Assembly (NCBI GenBank): GCA_965112735.1
Contig: OZ218953.1
Location: 4,650,001 to 4,714,000 of the forward strand
DNA length: 64,000 nt
Direction of reading: 5' to 3'
Source of the DNA: Phaeosaccion multiseriatum
Taxonomy: Eukaryota; Protista; Ochrophyta, other classes
This document shows, one piece after another, positions 37,496-50,614 of this stretch. The notes under the pieces are model-generated. The model ran no database searches. It was not told where the DNA came from and saw nothing but the letters and a program-made list of their open reading frames with translations. Made by a program: the position numbers and the translations under genes. Positions within the stretch are counted from its first letter, which is position 1. Every line of letters begins with the position of its first letter.

Positions 37496-38120
37496 TCGGC
37501 CCCGTGCACGCCTAGCGGCCTAGGCTCTAGGCCGCTAGGGGCCGCTCGGCCTTCGGCCGAAATAGTCCTAGGCGGCCTATAAATAGGCCGAGGGCCTACG
37601 GCCCTCGCTAGGCCGGGCAATTTTCCAAAATATCGGCCCCGTGCACGCCTAGCGGCCTAGGCTCTAGGCCGCTAGGCCGCTCGGCCTTCGGCCGAAATAG
37701 GCCTAGGCCGGCGGCCTCCGGCCGCTCTAGGCCGCTCACTTTTCAGCCCTAGGCGGCCTATAGCCCGCCTCTAGGCAGCCTCCCAGTGACCGTGGGCGCG
37801 TGCGTGGTGCCGCCCAGCCAGTGGGTAGCAGCACACCTGTAGGCCTGCACTCCTCGTAGGGCCAGCGAGGCGGAAAGAGACAACACGAACCAAGTCTACT
37901 CCTCACTTATCGCATACATTTGCTTAAAACTGACGACACTTGGGCGGGTTCCGGGCCAGCCCAGGAGGGGCATATGAGCATATTCCCGCCCTGGACCTGC
38001 GCCTAGTTGGCGTCTGCCCTAGGCCGCGGGCCTCCGGCCCCCGCCTAGCGGCCTATAAATAGGCCGAGGGCCTACGGCCCTCGCTAGGCCGGGCAATTTT
38101 TCAAAATAGCATAGGCCTAG
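37496..38120. mobile_element. Hairpin-rich element present as a short (37496-37632) and a long (37633-~38108) tandem copy with the same ends
   Basis: Both copies begin tcggccccgtgcacgcctagcggcctaggctctaggccgctagg and end gcggcctataaataggccgagggcctacggccctcgctaggccgggcaattt(t)..caaaata. Confidence 0.7.
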
Positions 38121-38349
38121 CTTATTTGACCCCCCCCCTGGAGTTGTTGACTTACGGCCTTTCTCCTCCTGGCTCCAGCTTCAGCTCGTGTGCAAGTCGT
38201 AAAAAAAACGCAGGCCCACGCATTATTTTGACCCGAAGTGAAGGCCGCCAGCAACAGTATCAGTAGCAGCAGCAGCAGCAGTAGCGTAGCGGGGAGCGGG
38301 GGGCGGCTAAGTTGCAGTGCAGAGGAGGGGGAAAAAAACCCTTTGAAAC

Positions 38350-39772
38350 ATGACTCGACTCATGCTCCTAAGGTGAGAGACGTAGAAGCCCTTGATGTGC
38401 GATTACCCTTTCGGCGCACACCTCTGGGAAGCAGAGTTTTGTGAGCAGAAAGGTGGAGAAGGGTCGCTGGGGGGGGGTGTAACCCGCGCCCGAGGGAACG
38501 ATTCAATCCCACTGAGCTGCAAAGGGGGGGGAGGATGGAGAAATGAAGCTCCCAGGAAGGAACCCCGCACACGGCTCCCCTCCTTTATCAAGAGCATTAA
38601 GAATCCTGCCTTTTATAACGCTTATCACTTTTGCCCACGTCGTGTGCGTTATCTCCTCTCTCCGGCAACGACAGCTTCCTTGTTTCAGCGATACTGGCTA
38701 CCGCTGCGGCGTTTGTGCTCCCCACCTCACCCTTTGCCAGCTCATCTCTCTCATCCGCCGGACGCGTAGGAGCTGTCTCAGCCCAAAGAACGTCAGCAAC
38801 AGCGGCATTAGCAGGCGCGAAGGCTCCTCAATGCACACGGTGTGGGCCGTTGAGCATGTCGTCAGTCGATTTGGGGGGGGGTGATGATGAGGAGGACGAG
38901 ATGATGGACTTTCAGAGAAATCCGGCCAACATCCAGGTTGGAGACACGGTCAAAGTGCTAGGAGATAACGTCCTAATGTGGCACATCAAAGACCACAGGG
39001 AGGAGGGCCTCGTTGTATCGTAAGTCTTCAGTCTCGAGGATGCCTGAATATGGATGGTTTCATCTGTGATGTTTGTTGTCTGACTGGGAAAGAGATGGGC
39101 GAGGGGTTCAACAATTGCTGCGTTGATGAGGAAGTGTGATGAGGCATCGGGCATGTTCTTTTTATCTCCCCCTCCATGATTCAGATGCTCATCTTTGCGA
39201 ACGCTTTCCCCTCCAGTCCCTCATCAAACCGCCTTGCCAATGTCCTCCCCCTTTACTCCCATACTGTTATCTCCTCAGAGGCATGGTGGGTAAAGTGAAA
39301 ATGATCAAGCTTAAGAGCCGAAAGGGGGGGTCGGTCACCGCTAACCGCCCCGTGGTCGTGACCTTTACGGTGAGTGAGTCCTTTTCCGTCCTCTGCTTTC
39401 GTTTGCCGAGGGCTTTTGTCTTTGTCTGGCGCTGGGAACTCGGTTGGTTGGGGCAACCGCTAAAGAGAGGCCTGGGCGTTTGGATGCCTCCTCCTAGGGG
39501 CTTTGTGGGCTCTAACACGCCATCTCTGCTTGTGTGGAAGTCGTAACCTTGACTGCCCTCGAAGAACCGGCGTCCCTTAGCTCTGTTGCTCTCCCTCTGT
39601 CTTCTCTTGTCTCTCTATGAGTCTCATTCTCTTTCTACTCGGCTCCTCTCTTTCCTCCATCTTGCTCACTCCCCCTCTCTCACTCCGACTGAAACCATAG
39701 GACCCTAAATTTCTTGCCCATTTTGAGTTCGGCGAGCTCGAAATTGTCGAGCGGGCACCCGAGGAAGACTAA
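38350..39772 (+). CDS. ftrV: Ferredoxin-thioredoxin reductase variable (alpha) chain, plastid-targeted; exons ~38350-38372, 38675-39019, 39279-39369, 39701-39772
   Basis: Spliced: MTRLMLLSFLVSAILATAAA-FVLP...VGDTVKV...MWH...GMVGKV...TANRPVVVTF|DPKFLAHFEFGELE, matching the FTR variable-chain pattern. Confidence 0.85.
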
Positions 39773-40432
39773 GCCGTTAGAGGCACTTGCAACACTGGGC
39801 GCTTCGAAGCCGTGGAGAGGCTTATTTACGGGCCTTTGATAAAACCACGTGCAATAGGAGCAGCAGCATCGACGTGGGTTCAGGGGCTCATGGCTGATGA
39901 GGAGGATGACCTGTATAGAATAGAGACGAGGAGAGGGAAGACGCCTGACATTATTATTTACGCAAGTTTCATTTAGAAGTGGGGGATTGTTTGTTCCCCT
40001 TACGAAGCAGTCATAGCTTGATAGAGAAAGAAAAAAACGGAAGAAGTCCGCAAAATGACGCTGGGAGAAGCGCTATAGCTCTTCGTGTAGCTCTTTGAGA
40101 TGCCTACCGACACATAGTCTCTCGTTTTTCGACGCATTTGGGCGATTCTTACATGTACGCAAGAACGGAGGAAAGAGCGAGGAGGAAAGTAGAAAGTAGC
40201 AGGCAGAGAGGGGTGTATCACCAACCCGCGCACAAAAATGCGTTCGCAAAAACTGAAACTGTCCCTTCCCTTCCCGGGCTGTCCACTCCGCAGCATGGGC
40301 ACGTAGGTGGGAGAGTGGAAGGGTGTGGAAGGGTGGAGCTGGTTCATCGAGTGCTGGCGAAGCAACAGAAAGGGTGCTCGCCTGCCCTTCTCGTGAAGGT
40401 CTACCCTTCACAACGGAGAGTGATAATCCAGC

Positions 40433-41503
40433 ATGCCGGTAAGGCGCGCTCTCCTTCTCTAGTTTAAAGGCTTCTTCTCTAAAGGCTTCTTCTCCCCTCT
40501 TTCTCAATTCCTTCGCGTTCTTCCTTCCTCTTTAAACAGGCCTTCAAATGGTGCGGGAAAAGGTGGCACTTCAATAGCGACGACTTGCCAGTGCCTCTGC
40601 TGCTCAGCTGCATCTTCCGAGGGCTATGGATTATAGTGCTCTTGACCCTTGCCTCTTTCAACTGGGACGATATCGATGGGAAAGGGGGCGGCACTTTTAT
40701 CACGTAAGACAGACGGCTGGCTGCCTTGTGTCTCCTGTCTCCGCCTGGCTTGCACCGCCTTCACCCCGGCTCGCGTTGCCTGTATCGCCCCCCCGCCCGC
40801 CCCCGCTCAGGCTGTATGTCGGGCTCACAATCGTGCTCTACGCATGCACCATCATCATAGGTGAGTGTGAGTGGATCAATGCTCTCGAGGGTCCTTCTTC
40901 GTGTCGCTGCTGCTGGAATGAACGCATTCAACTGTGTCCTTTGTCCTTTCCAAACGTCCCCATGGCTTTCGTCCAGAGCTGACGGGAGCTCGCCTGAGCC
41001 TGCGGGGAACTATCACACACACAAGCCCCCGTGACAGGCCCGTAGGCCGAGCGCTGGACGCCAAGGTGCTCGCCGGCATTCTCCAGGTTAGGAATGAATG
41101 AGCTGTGCAAAGAGAGAGTAACGCAAGAATGCAAGACAAGAAGAAAGCACGGTGGGCTTCTCTCCGCTCCTTGAACCCCTCTTGAACTCACTATATGCCC
41201 CCTACCCCCACCCTTCCGTCCTCCCTTGGCCCTTCTCCTCTGCTGCTCTTGTCGAAGACGGTACTTCTGCTTTGGGGCGTCACCATCCTCATTCCAAGCG
41301 TACGGGAGAGCCTGTACGGCGACACGCCCATGCCAGGTCGACTTGACGTGTTGGTGGTGCTGTGCATTGTCTCGCAACTCTGCGATGTGTTCATGATGAG
41401 CTGTTGTGCCTACGTCCTTGCAGCGGGGTCACTAAAGGTAGGTGGTGTGGCAGTGGTAGCAGCAGCAGCAGCAGTAGAAGTAGTAGTCGCAGCAGTGAAA
41501 GTG

Positions 41504-41569
<66 letters not shown>

Positions 41570-41668
41570 ATAGCAGCAGCAGCAGCAGTAGCAGCAGTAG
41601 CAGTAGTAGTAGTTGTAGCAGCAGCAGTAGTAGTCGCTGCAGTGGAAGTAGTGGCAGTAGTAGTAGGG

Positions 41669-41737
<69 letters not shown>

Positions 41738-44700
41738 ATAGTAATAGTAGTAGTAGTAGTAGTAGTAGTAGTAGCAGCAGCAGCAGCAGCGGTCGTAATT
41801 TTCTCTGTGTACCGAAAAGGAGGGAAGAGACGACAACTCAACTCACCCATACAGTACACGTATTTATATCCCTTACTCTGTCGTGATGAGAAGGCACACG
41901 AGTCCCCCGGAGCTCTGTGGCTCGAGGCCGGTAGCGGAGATGGCATCGGAGACGAATATATGGCTCTTCGCGAGCATGTCTATCACAAAGCACGCAGCGT
42001 GAGAGTGGAGCAGGTGCGTGCGTGGGTGTGTCTTCGCTGGGAGAAGAGGGGTTTCAAGTTTCGCTGAGCACAGACAACCCTTGCCTCCCCTTTGTGCTGG
42101 TGTGCTCCTTTTGTATCATCAACCACCCCCCCCGCTCCGATATCCCAGCAGTGGTGTGTCCTTAACTCCCTCCACCGCTGGTAAATAGTAGAAGAGGGGG
42201 CAGAGTCGGCCTGAGAGCGATCGAGCGGCAGGCATACATTTTCTACTTGAACCCTGCCTTAAGAGACAAGTCCCCGCTTACCCCCGCTACCCCGGCTACC
42301 CCAACGTCTCTCCCTCTCTGCCTCTCTCTCTCTCTCTGGGCTTAGGCGGCTGTGGACTACGAAGACGGGTGCCGTATCTGCTGCAAATGGGTGTCCTGCC
42401 TCACCTGCAACGCGTTTGGCGGCGGCGGTCAGGAAGGAGACTTCCAGCACGTCAGCAGGGTCATGGCTCGTATCTTCTTCCTCGGTGCGTAGTAGTAATA
42501 GTCGATGGCAGTCAATGGCAGTCGATGGCAGTCAAGGCAGTCGGTGGGAGGCAAGAGGGATGCATGTAATGATGTGATGGTATGTGGCGGGTAGTAGTGT
42601 GTTCTCCTGCGATAGGGAGATGGAGAGGGGTGGGGCGCCGCATGTGTATAGGACTGATGCACTGCACCTCACGGCAGCACTGGCTCGTGCACAGTGGCTC
42701 TTTTCTTGCAGTGAGCTTTGCCCCATGTGCCGCACCACGCACTCGGGCACCTAGGCCCCACCCGATTGGGATGTTTGAAACCCCAATACTGAGGCCCAAC
42801 ACTGAAGACAGAAAACTCGCTCTCGTGCTCGGTCCCCACTGATCCTCGCATTGGATCGATCCCACCTTTCACGCAGAGCAAGACCTGGATATCGTGGCGA
42901 GCGACTTTGCAGCCGGCATCGTGCTGCTGCGACACAAACAAAAGACCAGGCAATATGCTCGCCTCAGGGCTGTGGAAGGTGGTGGTGAATCTACTGGCAC
43001 TGCCGACCAAGCTACAGTGGAGGAGCGAAGGAGGCGGAGGGAGACAGGAGGAGGAGAAGGAGGAGGGGAGGGGGGGGGCGGGCTGGGGGGGAGAGGAGGA
43101 GGAGGAGAAAGAAGACGACAACAAGGAGGAGGAGGGTGCATTTTGGAGCAGCCAAGAGGAGAAGGTGGGCCCGAGCTGTTGCAGTCCAGCAAGGTCCCCC
43201 TGTGCGATCGACGCGAACTGCACCCGACCTTTTACAAGGTGGGGGACGAGCAGGTGATGGACATGGACCAGCCTGAGGACAGGGAGGTGTTACAAGAGGT
43301 GCTTCGCTTCTCATGGTATGCTTTGGCCATCTACACCTGGATGCTCTATGCGTATACGAAGGTGAGTGACTTGGGCTCTCACATGGCGTGGAGGAGCACC
43401 TCGTGCTCACGCCAGTTGCAGTGGCAGTTTCTTAGACCCTACCCAGAACACCACTCAGAGATGGATCTCATGCCATTTGTGGCTGTGGAGGGAGCCGGAG
43501 TAGCAATGCGCTGCTCCCTGAGGCTCCACCCCCCGGGGTCCCTGATCTCTGGCCTCATCCGCTTCAACGCCTCCTCTCTTATCTCTCTCTCTCTCTCTCT
43601 CTTCTGTCCTCTCACCAGCCGTTGACGGGCTTGCCGGACTTGTGCGCCGCAAGGTGGAGGGGAAAGGGGGTGTTCTCCAAGAGCGGCCGAGTCACAGAGG
43701 AGGGGGGAGGAGAGGGGGGGACAATAGAGGACGGGGTGGGGGAGGAAGGGGAGGAGCAGCAGCAGCAGCGGCAGAAGCGCCAAGCGCGACGGACGATTGC
43801 TTGGGGTGTGTGTCCCTCCGCACAAAGCCCTACGGAATCAGAACCTTCGGGGGTCTCTGCCCGTTCTTCCGCTGCTAGCTCGGACTCGAACTCGAGCGCA
43901 AAGAGGTCTGACACGTTGCACGAGTACGCGCTGCGAAAGTTCCTGGAGCCGTGTGCCCCTGATATTGACGTTGTGCTCTCGCGCTATGAAAACGGCATTC
44001 TCCAGACACCGTACGCCATCTTTGTGGACCATAAGGTGTGTGTGTGTGTATTTGTGTGTGTGTATTTGTGTGTGTGTGTGTGTATGTATGTGCGTGTGTC
44101 TGTGTGTCAGTGTGTGTCTGTCTCTCTCTCCCTGTGTGGGGTGCGTTTGTGTGTGTGGAGAGAGGACCACAAGTATCTATACTCTCAGTGCTGTGTTGCG
44201 CTTGTTCTATGCTTGTGCTATTGCTGCCCTTTTCTTTGTCCGAGGGCTTTCTGGCGTACCAAGTTGTCCTCAAGTTGTCCTCTAGTCTCCGTCGCGGCTG
44301 TCTTTGTTGCTTCTCCTCACCTACTCCCTCCATCCCTCCCTCCCTGCCTACCTGCCTGCCTGCCTGCCTGCCTCCTGTGTGTGTGTGCGCGCGCGTGCGT
44401 GTGTGTTCGTGTGTGTGTGCGTGTGTATGTTTGCTCGTGCAGTGGCAGTGCGTGGTCATCGCTGTGCGAGGGACGATGAGCTTCGAAGACTGTTTGGTAG
44501 ATGCGACGTGCGACCCTGCCGCTATGGAAGGATGTGGAACTAAGTATGGTACGGAAGGGGCGAGGCAGAGCTATGCGCTTTTCTTTCGCTTGTCTTCCTC
44601 AGCGCCGACCCCGTTTGCTACTTACGTACTCTTACTTACTATCGCTTTGCTTCACCCCTCCTCCTCTCTGCTGGAAAGAATAGTGGTGTAGGGCCATATC

Positions 44701-45317
44701 CTTCTTCAATGAACATGAGCTTTCTTGTTTGACAACCGAGCCTTTGATTGTCTGACCCTAAAGTACGATACCCCCTTTCAAACGCGTCCCAACAGGCTTT
44801 GATGGAACAGACATGTATGCTCACAAGGGCATGGTAGAGAGAGCTGAGTGGATCATGCAGGTAAGGCAACGAACTCTGGAGGGAGCCTGAGGCAAGCAAG
44901 CAAAGGCAAGGCAGGCTCAGGTCATCGCCACAGAATGCCCCCTCCCCCTCCCCCTCTCTTACATGGTGTACTGAGCAATAGACGGCTTCTCTGTTCTCTG
45001 CCCCCCCCCCCCGGCTCCCTTCCGTCCATCTTTTGTGCCCCCTATGCGAAGGATCTCGACAAGCACGCCATGCTCGACTCCCTCCTTCGCCGAGAGGGAG
45101 GGGAGCAGCAGCGGCAGCAACATCAACAACAGCAGCAACAGGAACAGCAACATCAGCAGCAGCGGGGCCGTGTTCCCTTAGGCCCACACCAAAGACGAGG
45201 CCAGGATTACGCTCCCTTGCACAGCCCTCAGCAGCAGCAACGAACCCCCTTGATGGAATCCTTCGGCGTCACGCACAACTACTCCCTCAGGTAGATGGTG
45301 GTGGTAGTGATGATGAC

Positions 45318-45378
<61 letters not shown>

Positions 45379-45482
45379 GTGTTGGTGGTCGTAGTGATTA
45401 TGACGATGGTGATGGTGGTGGTGGTGGTGGTGTTGGTGGGCTGTGGTAGTGGTGGTGGTGTTGGTGGTGGTGGTAGTGGTGA

Positions 45483-45516
<34 letters not shown>

Positions 45517-47848
45517 GGTATTGGTGGGGATAGTCCCCACTATATTTTCTGCGTCTTGTGAGTGATCTGGTGACCCCTCCTCCTGCGAATGAGGCGTGGT
45601 CGAGGAGGGGAGGTCTAAAGGTTCGAGGGAGATGGATGTGTGGAACGCAAGGAAAAGACCCGTGTGGCTCCTTATTGGTTTGAGAGGGCGCTCTGGACCG
45701 AGGTACTGAAGCTCACATCCCCACCAAAGCCCTCTCAACGACGTACGGAGACATTCTCTTGCTTCTCGCTCCTATGCACTACTTTCCGTCTCTCTCTCTG
45801 CCTTTCTCTTTCTCGCTCTCTCTCTCTCTGCCCGTCTCTCTGTCTCTCTCTCTGGTCTCTCTCTCTCTACTTACATGCTCATCCGTCGCTGCCCTTGCAT
45901 CTCCCCTCTGCGCTGTGTCCATCCCCCATGCCTACTCCATGCCTACTCCATGCCTACCCCGCCGTGGCACAGGCTCACGGGCCATTCGCTGGGGGCTGGT
46001 GTGGCCGTGCTCCTCTCGACCATGCTCAGGCCGAGATACCCTTCTCTGAGGTGAGCGGTTTGGTGATACGCACATACGTCACTGACCATATGACTGCCTG
46101 GCTCCATATATGCACAACTTTGAGGAAACAAAGACCAGAATTGAAACTGAAACTACCCCCCTGAGTCACTTCACCAACTACCCTCTGCCCCCTTCGTATT
46201 TCCTCTCTATCGCTCTTGTGCCCTCCTTCCCTTCTTGTTGGGGCTACTTTCAAGATGCATTGCTGTGTCTCCTCCAGGCGGGCTTATCAGCGAGGCGCAT
46301 GCCCGGAGGTCCAGGGAGTGGTGCGTGTCCCTCGTCAACAACAACGACCTCGTGAGGTGTGTGTGTGTGTATGAAAGTGCGTGCGTGTGCTCGAGCAAGT
46401 TTTGTAGCTCGCTGTACTGCCTGATGGATTCCCCTCCGTGACATTCTCATCCTCGCCCACATCGGCCATCCTTTCTCTCCCGTTGGCCCGGAGCTTCCCC
46501 CACCTCGGTCTCTTCCTCTCCTCTCTGGGGCATTGGGCACCATCTTCCCTGCACCCTTGTTCCGTCCCATTCCACCCTGTACTATTCCATTCAACTCTGT
46601 TCCATCCCATTCCACCCTGTTCTATCCCATTCTCCTCGACGGACTCTTTTAACCCTTTGTTTTGTCTGTGTCGGTATCTCGTGTAGGAAAGAGGTTACTC
46701 ACTCTTTCAATCATTGCATCTCTCTCCACTCCTCACCCCCATCCCATCCCATCCCATCCCAACCCGACCACCCTTGGCCTCAATTCCGCACTGAATACAT
46801 CTCTTCCACCCCTCCTCCCATCCCAACCCAACCATCCTCCCGTCTACATCACTTTTATTACTTCCAAACAGTCGCATGTCCATGCAATCCGTTGAGGGTT
46901 TCCGTGACGAGGTGTTGGAATTGGTGGGCCTGGCCACCGCCAACAAGGCCAGCATCATGAAGAGTCTCCTCGAGCGCTCCAGAGAGGCCAACGACCTGAG
47001 CAGGTACCTGTCCAGCAAGGCCGTCGCTGCTGCTACTGAGGGCGGATCAAGTGCTGCCGCTACTGCTACTGATGCTGCTGCTGGGGCTGCAGCAAAGCCG
47101 GGGCAGGGCGATGAAAGCACATGTCCTGGCGGTGAGGAGGAGGCGAAGGGCAGGGCGGGTGGTGAGGATGAGGAGGAGCAGGAGGGGGAGAAGGTCGGCA
47201 GGTGGGGTGGCAAAGGTGAGAAGGACGGCAGCAGAGACTCTGCCTCCTGGTCTGACTCGTCAGCGTACCAGCGGTCGGTGCAGATGTACAAGAGGGCGTG
47301 CGAGCAGAGGAAACGGCTCGAGAGGATGGACGGGAGAGTGCATCACGTCGACTTGGTCCTGCCTGGCCGCATACTTCACATGGTAAGTAAGATGGAAATA
47401 ACCGTAACTGACGTTGCCGTCCTCCAGCCCTCCAATCCTCCAGTTCCAGTCAACCGGAATCGTACCTCGGCACCAAGTAGAAGCACGTATCGCTTTCCGG
47501 TGATGGAACTTAACGACCTTTGCCCTTGTCATTCCCTCCCCTTCCACCCCCTGCCCCCCCCCCCCTTTCCTGCCTTTAATGAATTAACTTTATTTCTTTT
47601 TCTATATATTGTACTACTGTATATATTATATATATTATATACATCAGGTCCGGACGGCATGGGAGCCCAAGCGCAACTGTCTGGGGACGGCGTCCGGGAA
47701 GCGCCCCGTGCACACCCCGTGCTGGGCCGCGCAGGCTGATCTCTCCGAAATTGCTGTCAGCAGCTCCATGATTCATGACCATTTTCCTGACCAAGTGTTT
47801 GAATGCCTGGCAGGCATGTGTAAGGATCTGGGCATAGTATCGGAATGA
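40433..47848 (+). CDS. DAGL: sn1-specific diacylglycerol lipase-like protein (lipase class 3, N-terminal TM helices), many exons
   Basis: MP|AFKWCGKRWHFNSDDLPVP N-terminus, SLRGTI, DIVASDFAAGIVLL, PYAIFVDH, VIAVRGTMSFEDCLVD, AHKGM, GHSLGAG nucleophile, NNDLV, MIHDHFPD. Confidence 0.92.
41445..41790. repeat. (AGT/AGC)n compound microsatellite in a DAGL intron
   Basis: Direct reading. Confidence 0.95.
45292..45528. repeat. (GAT)n/(GGT)n compound microsatellite in a DAGL intron
   Basis: Direct reading. Confidence 0.92.
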
Positions 47849-48219
47849 GTGAATGAGTCTGTTGGGTGGAGTGGTGTAGTTGTTGGGTAGCGGGGGGAGA
47901 GGGGGGTAGGGTTAGCTTCCCAACATCACGGGCGCGTGGACAGGAGAGCAGCGGAAGACAATGTGGAGCTTTCCTCTCTGGTATCGCTTCCGCAATTCTC
48001 CAATTTTGCTCGGCAACTGTACTGTAAGCATTTTTTGGTTGTTTAAGTTTTGATTTTAATCTTTTTTTTTTAATTAAAAACAATAAAAAATATAAAACTA
48101 GAAAACAAAAAGGCCGAGACGGTCGTGCACATTGCAGGACTCGATAAATACGGCGCACTTGCATGTCCGCCGCTCGCCCTCCATCCCCGTAAAAGTTCAA
48201 CTATGTATCAATTTTTTTA

Positions 48220-49865
48220 TCATCCCCTCCCGTTCTCATCATCCCCTCCTGTCAATTTACTGACAGATCCGCCAACGATGGTGCCTCCCATGAGAATGCC
48301 CAATGCAGGTTGCACCAGGGGCGTCCAATACTCGTTAAACTGGACATTAAACAAGAGAGGAAAGAGCGAGCGAAGGAATGAGAAAAAGAGGAGAGAGAGA
48401 GAAAGAGAGGGGGAGAGAGAGAGAGAGGAGAGAAGTGAGCAGCGGCCAAGACGTGAGAGGACAGGCAGGTCAGGTGAAGTCCAACTATCCCTTGCAGTGG
48501 GGTGGAGCAGTCCACCAAAAAGGAGCCGGGGATGCAACAGCACAGCACTCAAGCTCTCATCCTCAACTCACCTTGTCCAGCAGGAAGGTGTCCTTTGGGC
48601 CGTAGCTCATGCCCACTCCCACCAAGAACCACCCCAGAAAGCTCAGCACCACGAAGAAGTCGAACACCAGCAGCCACTGCACCACGTTCTGTGGGCGACA
48701 GATATTGAGCATTGGAGAGAGCACAGCAGCAGAGCAGACGGCAGAGGATATTGCAGAGGGCAGAGCAAGAGCAGCAGCAAGGCGGGGCGTCGCGTGAGTG
48801 AGGATTTGCAGAGCATGCCAGACTCGGCAGATGTTCGACGCGGGTTTCTTTTGTCTTTGTGCGCGGAAGAGGGGTTTTGACCTTTTCTACTCAGTGGGGG
48901 GGGTGCACAATGGTATGAAGCTCAGAGCGGAGATTCTTCAGGGGCTGCCTCCACCCAAAGCGCAACCCAAGTTCACAAGCCGCTAGCCCTCCCTTATCCC
49001 TCCGAGGACACACAAAACACGCCCCTCCCTCTCTCCCGCCCTCCCTCCCTCACTGACACTGCGTTGCCCTTTCTCACCTTTGCTTTGCCCACAATGCCGC
49101 CGTCGCCTCGCACGTCCCCCGCCGCCTCCCTCTCGGCCCTCCTTCGCTTCAGCTTGGCCACATCTGCCCCCAGATCGTCCATGTTGGTGGACACACGGTT
49201 CCCCTCTGCATTGTAGGCAAAGGTCGTCCTGGGAGGCTTTGGTGCCTCCTCCTCCGCTGGTGCTGCTGGTGCTTCTGCTGTACGTATTTTCGTTGTCGTG
49301 AGAGGGAAAGAAAGTGATTCGCGAGTGTGAGTGAGCGCGCGAGGACGTACTTTGCAGGGTGGGAGAGAGCTCTTACGAAGCAGCGCGCTCTAGTCAGGGC
49401 GAAAGGGTTTTTATTAGCCCCCTACTCACCAACCCCCTTGAAGGACTCACCATAGGAATCTTCCTCGTCTCCATCGTCATCCTCCAATAAGACCTCTGAT
49501 TCGTCGCTTCGCCCCTGCCCTGGCACGATGATCACGCTGGCAGCCCCCCCGTCATTGTCCACTGCTGCATCTTGCCTGGCCTTTCTGCGTCGCTTCCTGG
49601 CAGACAAGATTGCATCACTTGCTGAGGTGGGCAGAGCGTCATCGCCCCCACCCTCTCCCGACGCTTTCAGCCAGCTTAACCCGCGCACTACAGCTGCTCC
49701 TTGTCCTGTCGTGGGCACACCTTTGGCGCGGTGCCTGCATGTGGCGCTCTGTTTGGTCAAGCCGCTAATCGGCGCATGAAAAGCGAAGGCGGACGTTGTG
49801 GACATGTGCGAAGAGAGGAAGGAGGCACCCGCCACTGCTGCTGCTCTCGCCGCTGCTTTCCTCAT
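48220..49865 (-). CDS. Putative plastid membrane protein with two C-terminal TM helices, ~4 exons
   Basis: Signal ending TSA-FAF; spliced C-terminus NVVQWLLVFDFFVVLSFLGWFLVGVG...LLDK|FNEYWTPLVQPALGILMGGTIVGG. Confidence 0.7.
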
Positions 49866-50435
49866 CGTGCTCGGACTGAGAGAGAAGGAAGAGAGGGGAA
49901 GAGGAGGAGCATGCGAATCCATTAAGTGCCATCTGTTTTTTTTTTTTCTCTCCCCCCCCCCCTTTTTCGACTTTTTGTGCGCTTGGTTGCTTCAGCCTTC
50001 GTGGCTGCCGCGAGTGCCTCCTTCGATGCCTTGGCACGATTGGTGATGTTAGTGGCATCTTAGATCTTTTGGATTACTTTGAGTTCCCCTTTCCCTCAGG
50101 GCCCGAGTGGTCAGGGGTCGACTTTCTATGGGGGCCGGCTTGGTTCCCTTCAAAACATGCTTGCTACCTGCCCCACCAGGAGGAGACGCTGCATCACTCC
50201 GCAAGGACCTTGCCCTAACCCTCTGATGAAACGACTGCGCCGGCCTCTGCAGATCTGCACAATGCCCGAATCCACACCGCTGCGAACTGCAGATGCGTTG
50301 AAGCCACGGCGGTGTGTGCTGTAGTGGTCTTACTCTCCGACCCGCAGCTCCAGGGGGGGGAGGCATAACGAGCCAGAGACTCGAGCAGTCCCAATCCAGC
50401 GAGAGGGAAAGGGAAATGCGCGTCCTGTTGTCCCA

Positions 50436-50614
50436 TCGGGCTTACCCACTGATCCTTTCTCTCCCTCTCCGTCGAGGGGTTCGGGCTTATTCACTGACTC
50501 TTTCTCTCCCTCTCCTCGAGGGGTTCGGGCTTATTCACTGACCCTTTCTCTCCCTCTCCTCGAGGGGGTCGGGCTTATTCACTGACCCTTTCTCTCCCTC
50601 TCCTCGAGGGGTTC
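50436..50614. repeat. 44-bp minisatellite x4
   Basis: Unit tcgggcttattcactgaccctttctctccctctcctcgaggggt; no spacers between units. Confidence 0.92.

Noticed and set aside
50436-50614. CRISPR-like array
   Set aside because: Units are contiguous with no unique spacers, there are no cas genes, and the context is eukaryotic.
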